From the NCBI RefSeq assembly GCF_001194135.2, contig NC_068983.1, positions 72,137,262 to 72,201,261 on the forward strand: 64,000 bases of DNA. Direction: 5' to 3'. Source of the DNA: Octopus bimaculoides (taxonomy: Eukaryota). The notes below the pieces were generated by a model, which had not been told where the DNA came from, ran no database searches, and saw only the letters and a program-made list of their open reading frames with translations. Below, piece by piece: positions 26,301 through 39,019 of the stretch. A program made the translations under genes and the position numbers. Each line of letters starts with the position of its first letter. Positions within the stretch are counted from its first letter, which is position 1.

Positions 26301-28593
26301 TAATCTGTTAAAAAATTGTTTGAAAAAGAGTAGGTTATTTGATAATTCCCATTAACTTCACAGAACTGCTTGTGGTAAGAAAACTTAATATAAACCACCT
26401 CCATCTTAACTGTGCAGCAGTTTATATATATATTTCACACAAGACAATTGCATTCAGCTAGTTTACCTGAGATGCAAGTTTTTCTCTTATTTACTCTTTG
26501 AAAGAGTTCAGTGATCAATGCACAAATCCAGTATACTAAATATGATATATTTCATGTGAGACCATACTAAATCCATCATCACATGTTACAGTGAACATAT
26601 TATGACAGTCTAGAAATATTCCATCGAGTTTACTTTAGTATGTCCATAAATTTTGGAGATAACTGAAACAAGAGTAGGAGGACAAAACTTAGGTAAATTG
26701 CGTAATTTAGACACTTCTGATAATTTTCACCCAGGCTGTTTCCAAATTCAGTTTGATGGTGATGATTTTTTTTTTTTCTTAAAATTTCTATGAAAAATGC
26801 CAAACTACGAAAGGTTAGTTGAGATGAATAAGTTAAGGTATAATATGTTCATGTGCTGGGGTGTGATCTCTACCAGAATATGAGTGTGTATGTGGTGGTA
26901 GTGTCTTTAGTGATGGGCAGGGGTGCATTTGTCTTGCCATTTTTAAGCTTCATGTTTATGTTTATCATCAGTTTGATAATATTCATAGTATATTATAATA
27001 TATTGTGCAAATGATGCAGTCTGAATATTTTAAGGCACTTTCAGTAAACTACGCCTAACAAGATATTTATTTTCATAGTAATGTTATTGTATAGCTCTAA
27101 GTCAATCCTGATAAGGCAAACCCTCAATCACAAGTAATCCAGTTGGGCCATCATTTTTTGACATCCTAACCATTTTTTTAATGTACTTTGGAGTATATTA
27201 TGCATCTTCCTCTATTTAAAGGTGGTTAGGTGTAATTTTAGGGACTTTTAGCATTTATTTCTAGCAAGTCAATAATTTTCTTCTTTTGTATCTCATAAGA
27301 AGAAATACTCTTAATGGAAGCAGACAAAATTAAAGGACAACAGGATAGTGATATACAGATTCTTTGTGATGAAAGTTCATAGGACCTAAGCACAAGTCCA
27401 GAAATAAATACCAGCTTTATTGTTGATGCGTATTCTGAAGACATGAACAGTTTCACTGAAAGGAGAGTGTGAAGGTGTTTAAGCCCGCTTTGTTTGTAAA
27501 AAGTGGGCTGAGTTAAGATTTTTCTAGGTTTAGCATGTAATTTTGTTGTCCCACTGAATATGGGAATCAGATTAGAGTTTAATCTGATTCCCTGTACCAT
27601 TAATCACATTCTACACGTTAGAATTATCTGTATGGTAAGAAAGTTGGGATACAGATTAAAGTTTGGTAAAAAAAAAATTATTGCTTTGGCGTAAATGTAT
27701 ATTCTGATGGGAATGTTTTAGAGTGTATATTTTAAAGTGTATGTGTGTACTTTAGAGTGTGTGTGTAATGGGGGGTGTATATGTTTATATGTTTTGTGTT
27801 TCTTGAGATGAGGTAAATGACATAGGGAGTTAAGGATGTTATCAAAGTTGCACACTAACATTTTCAATGGGTCTAGAGATATATAACGATTCCTTAATTA
27901 TTATTCCATCCAAGGAGGATGGATTGTGCCTGTGACATTTGCAGGCCCCTTTGTAAAGTTGATATAGTTAATGTTCAACTTGAATTTCTACAGAGGGAAT
28001 CATTGACAGGAAGGGAATTCCAGAGAGGAGGAGAAATAATTAGATAAAGTGTTCCCTGCATCAGAGAATAGAAGTCATGATAGTAGTAAACAATAGTCTG
28101 TGGATTTTTGGCTGTAGAGTATTGGTGAATGAGTGTTAGTCAGTCATAAGACTAGGATGTTTGTGCATGTAGTTGCAAAAATATGAAGCCAAATGCTTGC
28201 TACAATACTCCATGGTAAATCATACTAAAGTTAACAGTTGAAAGACTTCACTAGGTTCTTTACTTTAGTGTTCACCAACAAGCAATAGAATTATAATTTG
28301 CAAGTAAAATTCTCAAATGGATAAATCAAGCAAAAATAATTACTCAATCTGTTATTTTATCAAAAATTGTGGAATATATGATACAAAAATTTACCATATT
28401 TATTCATGGTTCTAACAATTTACTCCCCAATTCCAACACACAAAAACTAAGGTAAATAAAATAAAAAGTGCATCAGATATTGACAATATTCTTTCATTAG
28501 AACAGTCAAGAATCTTTGCATAGAGATCACTGTCACAATTTTGTATTCCAGAAGAAATCAATAGATTTTTCTCTCAAGAAAAATGTTGCTTAC

Positions 28594-28636
<43 letters not shown>

Positions 28637-29199
28637 ATGTGTGTTCGTACATGTATGTTTGTGTATGCTCAAGCATTTTTTTTTCAAGATTCTGTCTCTT
28701 CTTTGCAGTATATTACTGTTTATTTCTTCTACAGAAAGCAAAAAAATGTGAAGAAACAAAATGAATGTTTAAACATGAATTTAATCAATATAGTTATGGG
28801 CAAAGTACATTTACTAAATGATTGTGTAAAGACTACACTATGTGAATGAACAAGTTGTTCTGAAGGAAGATAAGGGGGGGGGGTAAAGATAAACGGAAGT
28901 TTGAATAAAAAGACATTAGGATTATGGTGAAGAAAAAAGCTGATGAACAAGATAGGTAATGAATAAATAGAATAAACAAGTATGTTAGCTGGGTTGGATA
29001 CAGATGAAAGTTCCACTGAGATGTTTGCAAGGAGATTAGGTGGATCATTGAAAATTATGTTAAAAGAAGTAAATATATAGATCAGGCTTGCTTACTCGAG
29101 TTGCTTGATGGAGTGGAATGGCATTGGAGATTATATATGTTTAAGGCCAACTAGGTAAATTTTAAGAAACTGAAAAATTCAGCAGAATTCAGGTGAGCA

Positions 29200-29470
29200 G
29201 AGAGAGCAGCTGAGCATTGAAACTATTTTCTGATGGGTGCAGGAGAAACAATTGCTTTGTTATGGACATTTAATAATTGAAATAATAAAACAATGGATAT
29301 TAGTTGAAAAAGTGGCATGTACTATTAATGGAAGGTATTCATAGAAGCGGAAGACCTGAGGAAGACAAAGGTAAAAGTGGTGATATCAGACTTTTAACTA
29401 CTAAGTCTCATAGATGAGATGACAAATATCAAGATGAATAGAGACAGCTTGTACAAGATGTATGTCCAAT
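29200..29470 (+). mobile_element. RTE LINE C-terminal remnant
   Basis: ggaagacctgaggaagac...gtggtgatatcagac...agtctcatagatgagatgac resembles GRPRKTW..VV..D...L..EMT. Confidence 0.45.
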
Positions 29471-29499
29471 CAATGTGGGTATGTTAAAAATTTTAAAAG

Positions 29500-29534
29500 C
29501 AGATATTATTATTATTATTAATAACAACAACAAC

Positions 29535-29573
<39 letters not shown>

Positions 29574-29588
29574 TAAAAACAATAATAG

Positions 29589-29664
<76 letters not shown>

Positions 29665-29679
29665 GTGAANNNNNNNNNN

Positions 29680-29735
<56 letters not shown>

Positions 29736-29774
29736 GTGAAGTGAAAGCACGGTATAAAAATAAAACTACTGAAC

Positions 29775-29812
<38 letters not shown>
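29500..29812. repeat. (AAT)n microsatellite array spanning a 10-N gap
   Basis: Directly visible; N at 29670-29679. Confidence 0.95.
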
Positions 29813-30535
29813 TAACAAAATTGACTGGATGGAATAAAATCCAAGTAGTTAATATGTGGATGATAGCATCACCTCAGTATGGAGTGGGAATTATAAAATA
29901 GCAAAAGAGAGAAGTGATGAGAATGGATACCAAGACCAGAAAAATGTTAACAGTACACAGAGCCTTCCACTCTAAGTGTGACACCAATAGGCTGTACTTG
30001 TCCAGAAAAAAGGGTGGAAGAGGTTTGATCAGTTGCCAGGACTGTATCAAAGCAGAGAAAAACAGCTTAGAGTGGTGTATAAAAAATGCTGTGGAGACAT
30101 TTTTGAGACATACAAAGAAGGCCGGCATCATCAAAACTGAAAATTGTGTAATGAAAGAAAAATTTAAAGAAGATATGACCACAAAATAAGAAAAAGCATG
30201 GAAGGAAAAAATAATGTACAGTCAGTTTGCAAGAAATGTGAACGTGAAGACAGATACAGAGAGTGTCTATGGATGAGGAGTGACCTGAAGATAGTGACAG
30301 AAGCACTCATATGTGAGGCTCAAGAACAAGCATTAAGGACCAACTATGTTAAGTGCAGAATAGACAACACTACCGACAGTGACAAATGCAGAATGTGTGG
30401 TGAGAGAGGTGAAATGGTATGGTACATTGTTAGCATATGCCTGAAACTGATACAACACGAATACAAAAGACGCCATGACAATGTGGCAAGAATGATCCAT
30501 TGGGAGCTCTGTGGAATTCACGGCCTACAAAGAGT
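29813..30535 (+). mobile_element. R4/Dong-like non-LTR retrotransposon with REL endonuclease (post-RT region and CCHC zinc knuckle), decayed
   Basis: MDTKTRKMLTVHRAFHSK..RLYLSRKKGGRGL..; TEALICEAQEQALRTNY...CRMC...IVSIC...YKRRHDNVARMIHWELC. The 5' end abuts (AAT)n. Confidence 0.88.
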
Positions 30536-31131
30536 ATGCCTTAATTTCTGATGTGTCTGATACTATGATTATGACATCATCCATGAATGCAAACAGGGTA
30601 AATAAAAAGAAACTAATAATAACAGGTGACATTATACAATCAGTTTGACACTGACTATATCAGTGTAATCATGTAATCATATGCGCTAGTGTACTTATCA
30701 ACATCAATGTAGTCAGAAATGCCAATATATCCATCTGTGGTGTGTGCTCTTTGACAAAACAAAGAAAAAAATTTCCTTTTTATAAACTGTAAGGAAACAG
30801 TTTTATATTTGCTGAACAGCAATAATTTCCAAAAGAAACCATACATTTCAGCTGATTTTCTTATATATTCATATGATATTCAGTGTCAAATTGTAACAGA
30901 CAACAATGTATCTCAAAGTGGATATGCTGGTCTCAGAATGAAAATGTCAGAATGGATTTAATATCTGATTTCACAACAGAGAAAGAAGAGTTACAAACTT
31001 ACAGTTTCAGTTACTTTTTCACTTATCATGATTTGCTCTGCACTTTGCATAATATATCTGTAGAGATTCTGTGCACGATTTTTTAACAGTTTATTTATTC
31101 AATGCACATACATACAGATGTGTGCACATGT

Positions 31132-31187
<56 letters not shown>

Positions 31188-32022
31188 ACACGCACAAGCA
31201 CACACACACACGTATTCTGCCAAGAATATATACAAATTTAAAACACAAAATCTTTTTTTTCTTTTTTTTTTTATTCAGAACTGTGTGCTGATATTTGTGT
31301 ATCTCCATTTCCATACACACACACAGATTTCTTGGTTTTTCTCTCTATAGAAATACAACAGGAAATAAGAAGGTATTGTTGGAATTAGATTTGATGTCAT
31401 TTAGCAGTAAATAAGGAGTTATTGACATTTTAAACTTGTGAGAATATAACTGCAAATAATAACCAAACACTCTAGATAGTGATGACAACAACAAACAACT
31501 AGCTTATTATATACTTTTTAAAAAATGATGTTCACTTAAATAAAAGTTTAGATTTCCCAAGGTGTCATTAGAATAGAATTAAGAAAAATTGTTGCCAATG
31601 AATTTCCTACTGATTCTGATAATGATTGGTAACTTTAAAACTGGCATCCATCAAAATGTCTTTAAACACCTAAAATATGCTAGCCAGATAGAATTAATTT
31701 GAAAGACTGATAAATATAAAAATAAATCTTTCGAAGTAATTAGAAGTGCATCCATTTTCATATCAGAGAGCTGCAAACAAAGTGACTAAACAGATTAAAA
31801 TAGAAAATATCTAAAAAAACAAAAACAAAAAAAGTTTTTTTCCTCAAAAATTTTCTCATGAAGAATTCTGGATGTCACAATATACCTTAAAGTTGTAGAG
31901 AGAGTATTTAACAAGGTATAATATTTTAGACATTATCATCATGCAAGCATAAAAGAAAATATGAAAGAGTATTTAAAAACATATTAATAATATACATCTA
32001 TACATATATGTATATGTGTGGA

Positions 32023-32064
<42 letters not shown>

Positions 32065-32243
32065 AAATCTTTTCCTCTGGGAGTTGCCTTTCATTGACAT
32101 TCTAATCTGTCATGATCTTCTTGGGCAGATATACATAAATAACATACAATTACACACACACAGATATACAGGTGTGGAAACATACACATATAGGCAATAT
32201 TCATACATTCTACAGAAACAAAAACAAAACTTAAGAAGCTTAC

Positions 32244-32386
32244 CTGAGAGGGTACAACCACACGATGTAAGAGTTTTCCATCTTTGCTATAGAAATGTAG
32301 CTCATTTCGACAGTATAGATTTGGAAGTCGTACAAAACCAGCCACTGCTAAGTACTCACCGCAGTTGGACCAGTCCATTTTGACTC
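32244..32386 (-). CDS. TULP4: Internal coding exon, probable Tubby-related protein 4 (TULP4/Tusp) WD40 region
   Basis: Acceptor ttttttttattag|GA, donor TCTCAG|gtaagc. 143 nt, phase 1 to phase 0, open frame (G)VKMDWSNCGEYLAVAGFVRLPNLYCRNELHFYSKDGKLLHRVVVPSQ. From memory this resembles the TULP4 segment W...G.LLAVAG...KFY...GE (WDR35 is a more distant alternative). No search run. Confidence 0.68.
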
Positions 32387-32733
32387 CTAATAAAAAAAAA
32401 GGAGAAAAAGGAAAGTAAATATTTATATAGTGGTATTGCCAACATGTGTGTGTGTGTGTGTGTGTGTGTGTAATTGTAAATATCTTAAGTATGAGATAGA
32501 GGTGAACTTTAATGAGGCTAGTGCCTAACTGTAGTCTTAAAGTGTTAAGTTGATGAAGGATAAATTTCTACTTGAATAGCATGTCATTTGCCCAGGTGAG
32601 CTGACACATATTTCTGATAGCTAGATAAAATGAGACAATGTAGGATGTTCTTCACCCAGAAACACAATGAAACATGCTGTATTTGGACACGCAGAAAAAA
32701 GCTTCCATAAGATAGTCGACCAGATTTCAGGCT

Positions 32734-32930
32734 GATGATGATGATGATGATGATGATGATGACAATGACAAAGTTACTGTCACAGCAGACAATGATGAGA
32801 ATGATAGTAGTTATGATGATGATAATGATGATGATGGCAAAGATGGATTTGATGATGAGGATGAAGGTGACAATGAGGAAATGCCAACATCGATAATGAT
32901 GATGATGATGGTGATGATGGGGATGATGAA
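32734..32930. repeat. Degenerate (GAT)n microsatellite
   Basis: Directly visible. Confidence 0.9.
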
Positions 32931-34299
32931 AATAGATGAGACATGCTAACAAATAAGTAAAAATAATTCTAAAAATATTGCTAAGAGATAAGAATTCTAA
33001 AATTGAATATTGCACAAATTTCACTTCAGAATAATGTCTACATTTGCACAATGGACAAATTGTATACAGATAGAAAGCAAGAAACAAAGAAAAATAAACA
33101 GAAAAATAATAAATAAATACAAGAATAAAACTTTTTCTTTCCCTATTTAAAATGTGATAAGAGGCTAGTTTCAGCAATAGAAAAGTAGAAGGGATATTTC
33201 AATGTATGATCTCCCATCAGGATAAATGTTTGGTTCAGAATGACTGGTGAATATTACATCATCTACAAAGCATCTGCTTCAGATTTGTCCAATATGAAAT
33301 AATGAAGTAGGAAGCCCAGATGTATGTATATATCTGCTGACTGAACTGTTATTGAAATGGAATAACTAAATTCCATTAGTGTGTGCATATATGTTTGAGT
33401 ATGTATAGTTGTTACCTATCTTTATACATAGCCTTTCAATAAAGCTAACAAAGTAGCCCCTAAATGGTTGCTCAACTAGCTAGAAAGAGTAACCAAAGTT
33501 ACCTCAAATCACATTTTGCTCTCTTGTAGCTCTACTGAAACAGGACTTACCATATTTTTTTATCTTCGTCATCAGCATAATTTAGTATAAACATCAGTAG
33601 TAATTTCAGTTATTCTTTACACACATACATATACACGTGATGACTTATGTCTTGTCATACTACATAATATGTGTTTTATGCCTCATTTTGAACTATTGTC
33701 TTCTCGGTTCCATACTGGGCATATTCCCCATACACATATATACACTTACATAATATATATAACTATATCCATAATATATTGCAATTTCATGATTTTCAAA
33801 AGTAGTGTGAGAGGGGGGATCTGTAGCTATGCTGAATTTCTCTTGGTTGACCAGATTCTAAAAATGTGCACACCAAATAACCCTCAATTGAGATACTGTA
33901 AATACTCAACACACGTTATGTATATACACACACACACACACACATACACACATATACATCTGGTGATAAACTCATCTGCTAGGAAATTTCAGAGGAATGG
34001 TGTCTATTAGAGGCTGTAGACTTCATTTGAGAATTGAGTATGCAGGCAAAGAAACAGACCACAAAGGTAGTGGCACTATCCAGACAGATAGTAGTAAACG
34101 ATGGGAGAAAAAGGGGAACAAAGATTAACAATAATGGTAAAAATAGGATATGTATCAATGTGTCATACTATAGTGAACAGATGGCGAATTGATTAAGGAC
34201 AACTTTCCTCTCAGAATAGCATATAATGACTACACTCTGGGTAAATGCCAGTTCTTTGGCCAAAATAATACACAAGATGTTGCATGCCACATTGGTTGC

Positions 34300-34600
34300 T
34301 GTCCAATCAACAGACGTCATTCGACTAATGTGTTTAAAAACCAATTTGTTTACAGGTTAATCTGGAGGCAACAACATTGGATCAACTAAACAATGATTGC
34401 AAATCAGATTAGAGGAACATTTTTACAAATCCACATCACCTAGCACAGTATTCCAACACAAAAAATAAATGAAGAAATACAAAATCACAGCTCATGGCAA
34501 AATAACCAGAGGATGTAAGCCTCAAAACAGTTGAGGCACATTTCATTAGAAAGCAGAAACCAACTTTAAACTACAAAGAATTCAACACATGAAAATACCT
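34300..34600 (+). mobile_element. Decayed Penelope-like GIY-YIG remnant
   Basis: tttacaggttaatctggaggcaacaacattggatcaactaaacaatgattgcaaatcagattagaggaacat gives FTG*SGGNNIGSTKQ*LQIRLEEHF, matching the VYxFxCxCxxxYIGxTxRxLxxRxxEH pattern. Confidence 0.55.
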
Positions 34601-34979
34601 ATTTAGTCTCTCCATGTAGTAAAAGTATGTTACTATTTCCTAGTATATCAATGAGAATACAAATCAGTCTATGTGACGGTGATTTAAAGAGCATAAAGCA
34701 CTCATGAAATAAATAATAAAACACTTATATCAGCAACAAGTCTTGTAAGTAGACATTTATTTTTGTTATAGGTGATCATTTACTGGTCTGTTTGTTTGTT
34801 CATACATGCATTCAAGTGCTACTTTTGGTATTAGTCTATTTCTATACTTGTCAATTTTATCCCACATAACTGCACCAATACATGCATGTGCATAACACAC
34901 ACAAATTTTATCTTTGTTTCTGACTCAGAATGTGCTTCTAGTTCATATATATTCCAGCAATATCATTTGTTAATATTTA

Positions 34980-35210
34980 GGCAGTAAGGCAGTGAGCTGG
35001 CAGAATTGTTAGCACACTAGGCAAAATGCTTAGCTGCATTCTGTCCATCTTTATGTTCTGAGTTCAAATTCCATTGAGGTCGACTTTGCCTTTCATCTTT
35101 TCAAGGTCAATGAAATAAGTACCAGTCAAGTACTGGGGTCAGTATATTCAACTTACCTCTGCCCCCCTCCTCAAGAAATTACTCGCCTTGTGCCAAAATT
35201 TGAAACCGAT
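34980..35210 (+). mobile_element. tRNA-derived SINE family B
   Basis: ggcagtgagctggcagaattgttagc...gttctgagttcaaattcc...gaggtcgactttgcctttcatc...aagtaccagt...aaatttgaaacc. Confidence 0.8.
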
Positions 35211-35489
35211 ATTTATTTAGACAGTATCAAATTATCTATATCCTCAAACATAGAATGCTTGATATTAATTAAATCTTATATTACAGATACATTTTATTCT
35301 ATCTACTTTTAAATTACTTTTAATGCCAAGTCTTATTGTTACACTTTCAACAAATCTATCTACCTCCACTCCATTGATTTATCATATTTAGTAAATACCA
35401 AATATTTTTTCTTCTTACTAGGTACAAGGCCAGTATTTTATGCAAGTGGCTACACTTGACTGAATGAACCTCATACCGACAACTTACCA

Positions 35490-35770
35490 ATATTCTCCAT
35501 CTTGTCTATGCCTTTTTCAACCACTACCACAGTGAACTCCGCTCCCCAAAGTTGGCTTGTCATATACCACCTTGACTGTAGGCAACCTTAACTCAATCAT
35601 TCTCTCCTCCACTCATCACCCATAATACTTTCACCTTTCCAGGCCCGGACGGGCTGCTACAGCCAGTCTTTTCCAAGGGTAAGTAATTTTTGGAATGCAC
35701 ATATTTTCCCTGTCATTGCTGCTTTGCAACAGTTCATGTGGAATGTTCACTATGCCAATCTCACCAATTT
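35490..35770 (+). mobile_element. CR1/Jockey-like LINE C-terminal remnant
   Basis: actcatcacccataatactttcacc..cggacgggctgctacagccagtcttttccaagggtaagtaatttttggaatgca resembles HP..V.LP..RT..Y..SFFPR....WN. Confidence 0.5.
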
Positions 35771-36019
35771 CTATGGGCTTTCAAAGGTACTTGGTATAGT
35801 CCTATTCTCCAAATTATACCAAATTTTTTTAAAAAGTACCAAAAAAGGATTTATTTTAAAATTATTTGGACAATATCTAATAGTTACATAAAAATGAAAA
35901 TATAAATTACTAATAACAATTATGAATATTGCACAATGGTTCTGTATTATTCACATCTTGCATCTTGTTAATAAAATACTAGAGAGGACATGTTTTATAA
36001 CTTGGCATTAGAGATGGGG

Positions 36020-36575
36020 GATACAACTGCACTTTTTTTAATTAATTGTGAAAGAGGTCAATCAAAAAAATTTGCATTTGAATTATGCAATTTCTACAAA
36101 GCTGTTCCTTCACTTTTGTGAGCTGCAATGTAATTGAAAACAAAGTATCATCAGAATAGTTCCATGGCAAATTGTTTTCTGAAGGAATGGGCTAAAAAAT
36201 TTGTTTTGATCTAACACTGACTTTGTTATTTCATTTTGAACTGATTAAACTTATTAGAAATGCCCAAACATGGTAACACTTTGAAAGTGCTAAAGGCCTC
36301 TGATAACAGTACTGAATATCATATGAGAAAATCATACCTGAGACCAAGGAATGAAATTGTTGATTGTATAGGCACATATCAGTTCAATAATTTCATAAGA
36401 CAGACACTGTTAATGAGACACAGAAGGGAATTTAGCTTCCCAGACAAAGACTTTTTCTCCCCAAAAAATTCTGCCACAAATTCACCTCAAAGCAAACAAA
36501 CTTATTCCATTTTGTTAACTTAAACAATCAGTTTTGTAATAGTCATCATATTTTGAAACACGATTAAACTTTGAT
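36020..36575 (+). mobile_element. Tc1-like DNA transposon remnant (N-terminal HTH region)
   Basis: ORF 36260-36523 MPKHG...EIVDCIGTYQFNNFIRQ...PKNS resembles decayed Tc1 HTH sequence, with AT-rich TIR-like flanks. Weak. Confidence 0.35.
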
Positions 36576-36769
36576 TGTGAATCATTAATTCATTCTAAAT
36601 TCTAATAGCTGCTATCCCCAAAAAAAGAAAACATAATTTTTTTATTTATGAAGAGAAGATTATGGAAACTATTTTAAATTTAGAAAAGATTTAGTGAAGA
36701 CTTCTTTAATACTGTGTAAAATCAGGAACAAAACATATTTGTTATCTCTCTTTCTGGCATTTCATTGGT

Positions 36770-37042
36770 TACAATGATGTTCAACACAACAGCCTGCTCT
36801 TGAAATTAATTCTCAAGTGACTGAGTGCTCCACAGACATGCATACACTTAACATAGTTCTCAATGAGATACAATGTGATACAGAAAGTGACAAGGCTGGC
36901 TCTTTAAATTACAGGTATAACTTGTTTTTGCCAACTGAGTGGATTGGAGCAATGTGAAATAAAGTGTGTTGCTCAAGGACACAACATACCACTGGAAATC
37001 GAACCCATGACTTTACAATCATGAGCCAAAAATCCTAACCAC
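36770..37042 (-). mobile_element. SINE related to family C (shared body, divergent head)
   Basis: aacagcctgctcttgaaattaa..caagtgactgagtgctccacagacatgcatacacttaacatagttctc...aaatcgaacccatgac...ctaaccactaagccatgcacctcc. Confidence 0.7.
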
Positions 37043-38172
37043 TAAGCCATGCACCTCCATAATAATAAATTATTGATTTACAAGGCAAAAACAATTTGCC
37101 GTGGTTTAAGCAACAAGGACACTAAAAGTTCTTCATTTAATTCACTTCTAAAGCAGAGATAGTACACCTACCACCAATTAATCAAATACTCTGGCAAATA
37201 GAAATTATGCTTATTTATATGTGAGAAGGCTGACATATTAGTATCAGTAGATATTTCATATTAATAATTTCTAACATAGGTACAAGGCCACACATTTCTA
37301 GAGGATAGGTTGTTAGTTAATTATGTCAATCCCAGTATTTGACTAGTATTTTATTTTAACCACACCAGAAGGATGAAAGGTAAAGTTAACTTTAGCAGGA
37401 TTTGAACTTAGAAGAGCCAGAACAAATTCTGCACCACTTTAACAATTCTGTCAATCCACCTTGTATTGTTAATTTTTAAACATGATATTTTCATATCAAT
37501 TTGACTCCCAATTACCAATTCAGATATTAATTAATTGAGCAATTTATTAGAATTTAAAAAAAGAGTAAACTTTTAATTAATAACAGCAATTATTACAGAG
37601 ATTTTGTATTGATCTATTATCAGATCTTAATAATAGCCTTACTAATTAAACACAAGAAAAAGAATATTTTGAAAGTTAGAAATAAATCAGATAGATGCAG
37701 TCCCAAGTTGTAATATTCTTAAAACGTTGTAGTAATGGAATGCTCATAATTTTACTAGCTGTTTGTAGCATAGCATACCAAATTTCAGTCCCGTCATCAC
37801 CGTTTTAATGTCTAAATTTTTACATTTGCTTGGGTCAGATAAGAATACATTAGGGCAGAGTTTTCTACTGCAGGATGCCCTTTCTAAAGTCAACTTCAAC
37901 TGTTGCCAAGCAGAGCAATAATCTCTCAGTTTACCAAACATTAAACAGCCTGAGTATGGTTTTATAGAGAACTGGAAATGAAAAACACCATATGAATAAA
38001 CTTTTTTTTATAATACAAAAACTGCATACCATGTCAGGACATATCAAGTCCAAACATGCTTTCAAGGTGAATTGCCTACATGAAGAGTGAGGCCTTTGTT
38101 TACAATCTGAATAGATGTGAAGACAAAAAGAAATACAAACTTGCTCACACACATACACACAATTGTGTGTGT

Positions 38173-38208
<36 letters not shown>

Positions 38209-39019
38209 GTATGTGTGTGTGTGTGTGTGTGCGCACATATATACAAGTATATATTTGTATGTGTGTATATGTATGTGTATGATGGGATTCTTTCAATTTC
38301 TATCAGCCAAATTCATTCACAAAGCTTTTGTTGGCCGAGGGTTCTAGAAGAAGATACTAGCAAAAAGTGCCATGCAGGGGAACTGAACTTGAAACTACAT
38401 GGCTGAGCACAAACATCTTAACCCTACAGCCATGCCTGTGCCTGGTTACGCCTTCACCAGTTATAAATAGATAGTAAAGAGTCAGATAAATGATTTTACA
38501 GCTGTAGAATGCATGTCATAAGAATGACATCTAGCTGTGTTGTAAACCAGAGATATTGTATGTGTGCCAGTCTACTCTGTATTAACTTTACTGTGGCCAT
38601 TTTTCGTACAAGATTAAACTGCCTTTGTGCCAAAAATTAACTCTTGACATGACAAACAACAAATGCTTACCCACTGAAATCAGATGTTATCTTCAATTTA
38701 AAATATGAACTTAAATTTAACTATTTTAATTAAGGTGATTTTTGGTTTTGGGTTGTTTAGTATTGAAAAAATTAAAAGAAACTAAATACCAATATCTTCT
38801 TCAAAGATACTTTTCATTCTTAAATGATATCCGAAATTAATATTCATTACTCAAAACAACACTTTTGGCTAAGAATATGTAATCTTAGATCTCAGTGAAA
38901 GAATCAGCCATTTACGCAAGTGGAAGCATTTAATCTGTAGACTGTTAAAAGCCTAAGTGATATCAAGTATGTGGGAAAAGAAAAATTAAATTAAATGATA
39001 ACCAATTTTTTTCTTTTCC

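Noticed and set aside
27238-28200. 120-aa minus ORF and purine-rich tract
   Set aside because: Probably a very old LINE remnant, but I could read no diagnostic motif, so it is not annotated.
29590-29750. aataagtgaa repeated on both sides of the 10-N gap, giving a spacer-like pattern
   Set aside because: Most simply an assembly overlap within a microsatellite. It is not a CRISPR-like or designed array.
28516-33177. Numerous poly-CV/HT/YI/L/I ORFs here and across the window
   Set aside because: Translations of (CA)n, (TA)n, (AAT)n and (GAT)n microsatellites.
37777-37971. Possible upstream TULP4 exon (minus): tttccag|FSIKPY...LDIKTVMTGLKF G|gtatgc, phase-compatible with the 32386 acceptor
   Set aside because: Only the last few residues (TV.TGLK) resemble TULP4 as I recall it. 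The expected L.V.F..G.I.LM..YDD motif is absent and there is one extra residue. It needs RNA-seq, so it is not called.
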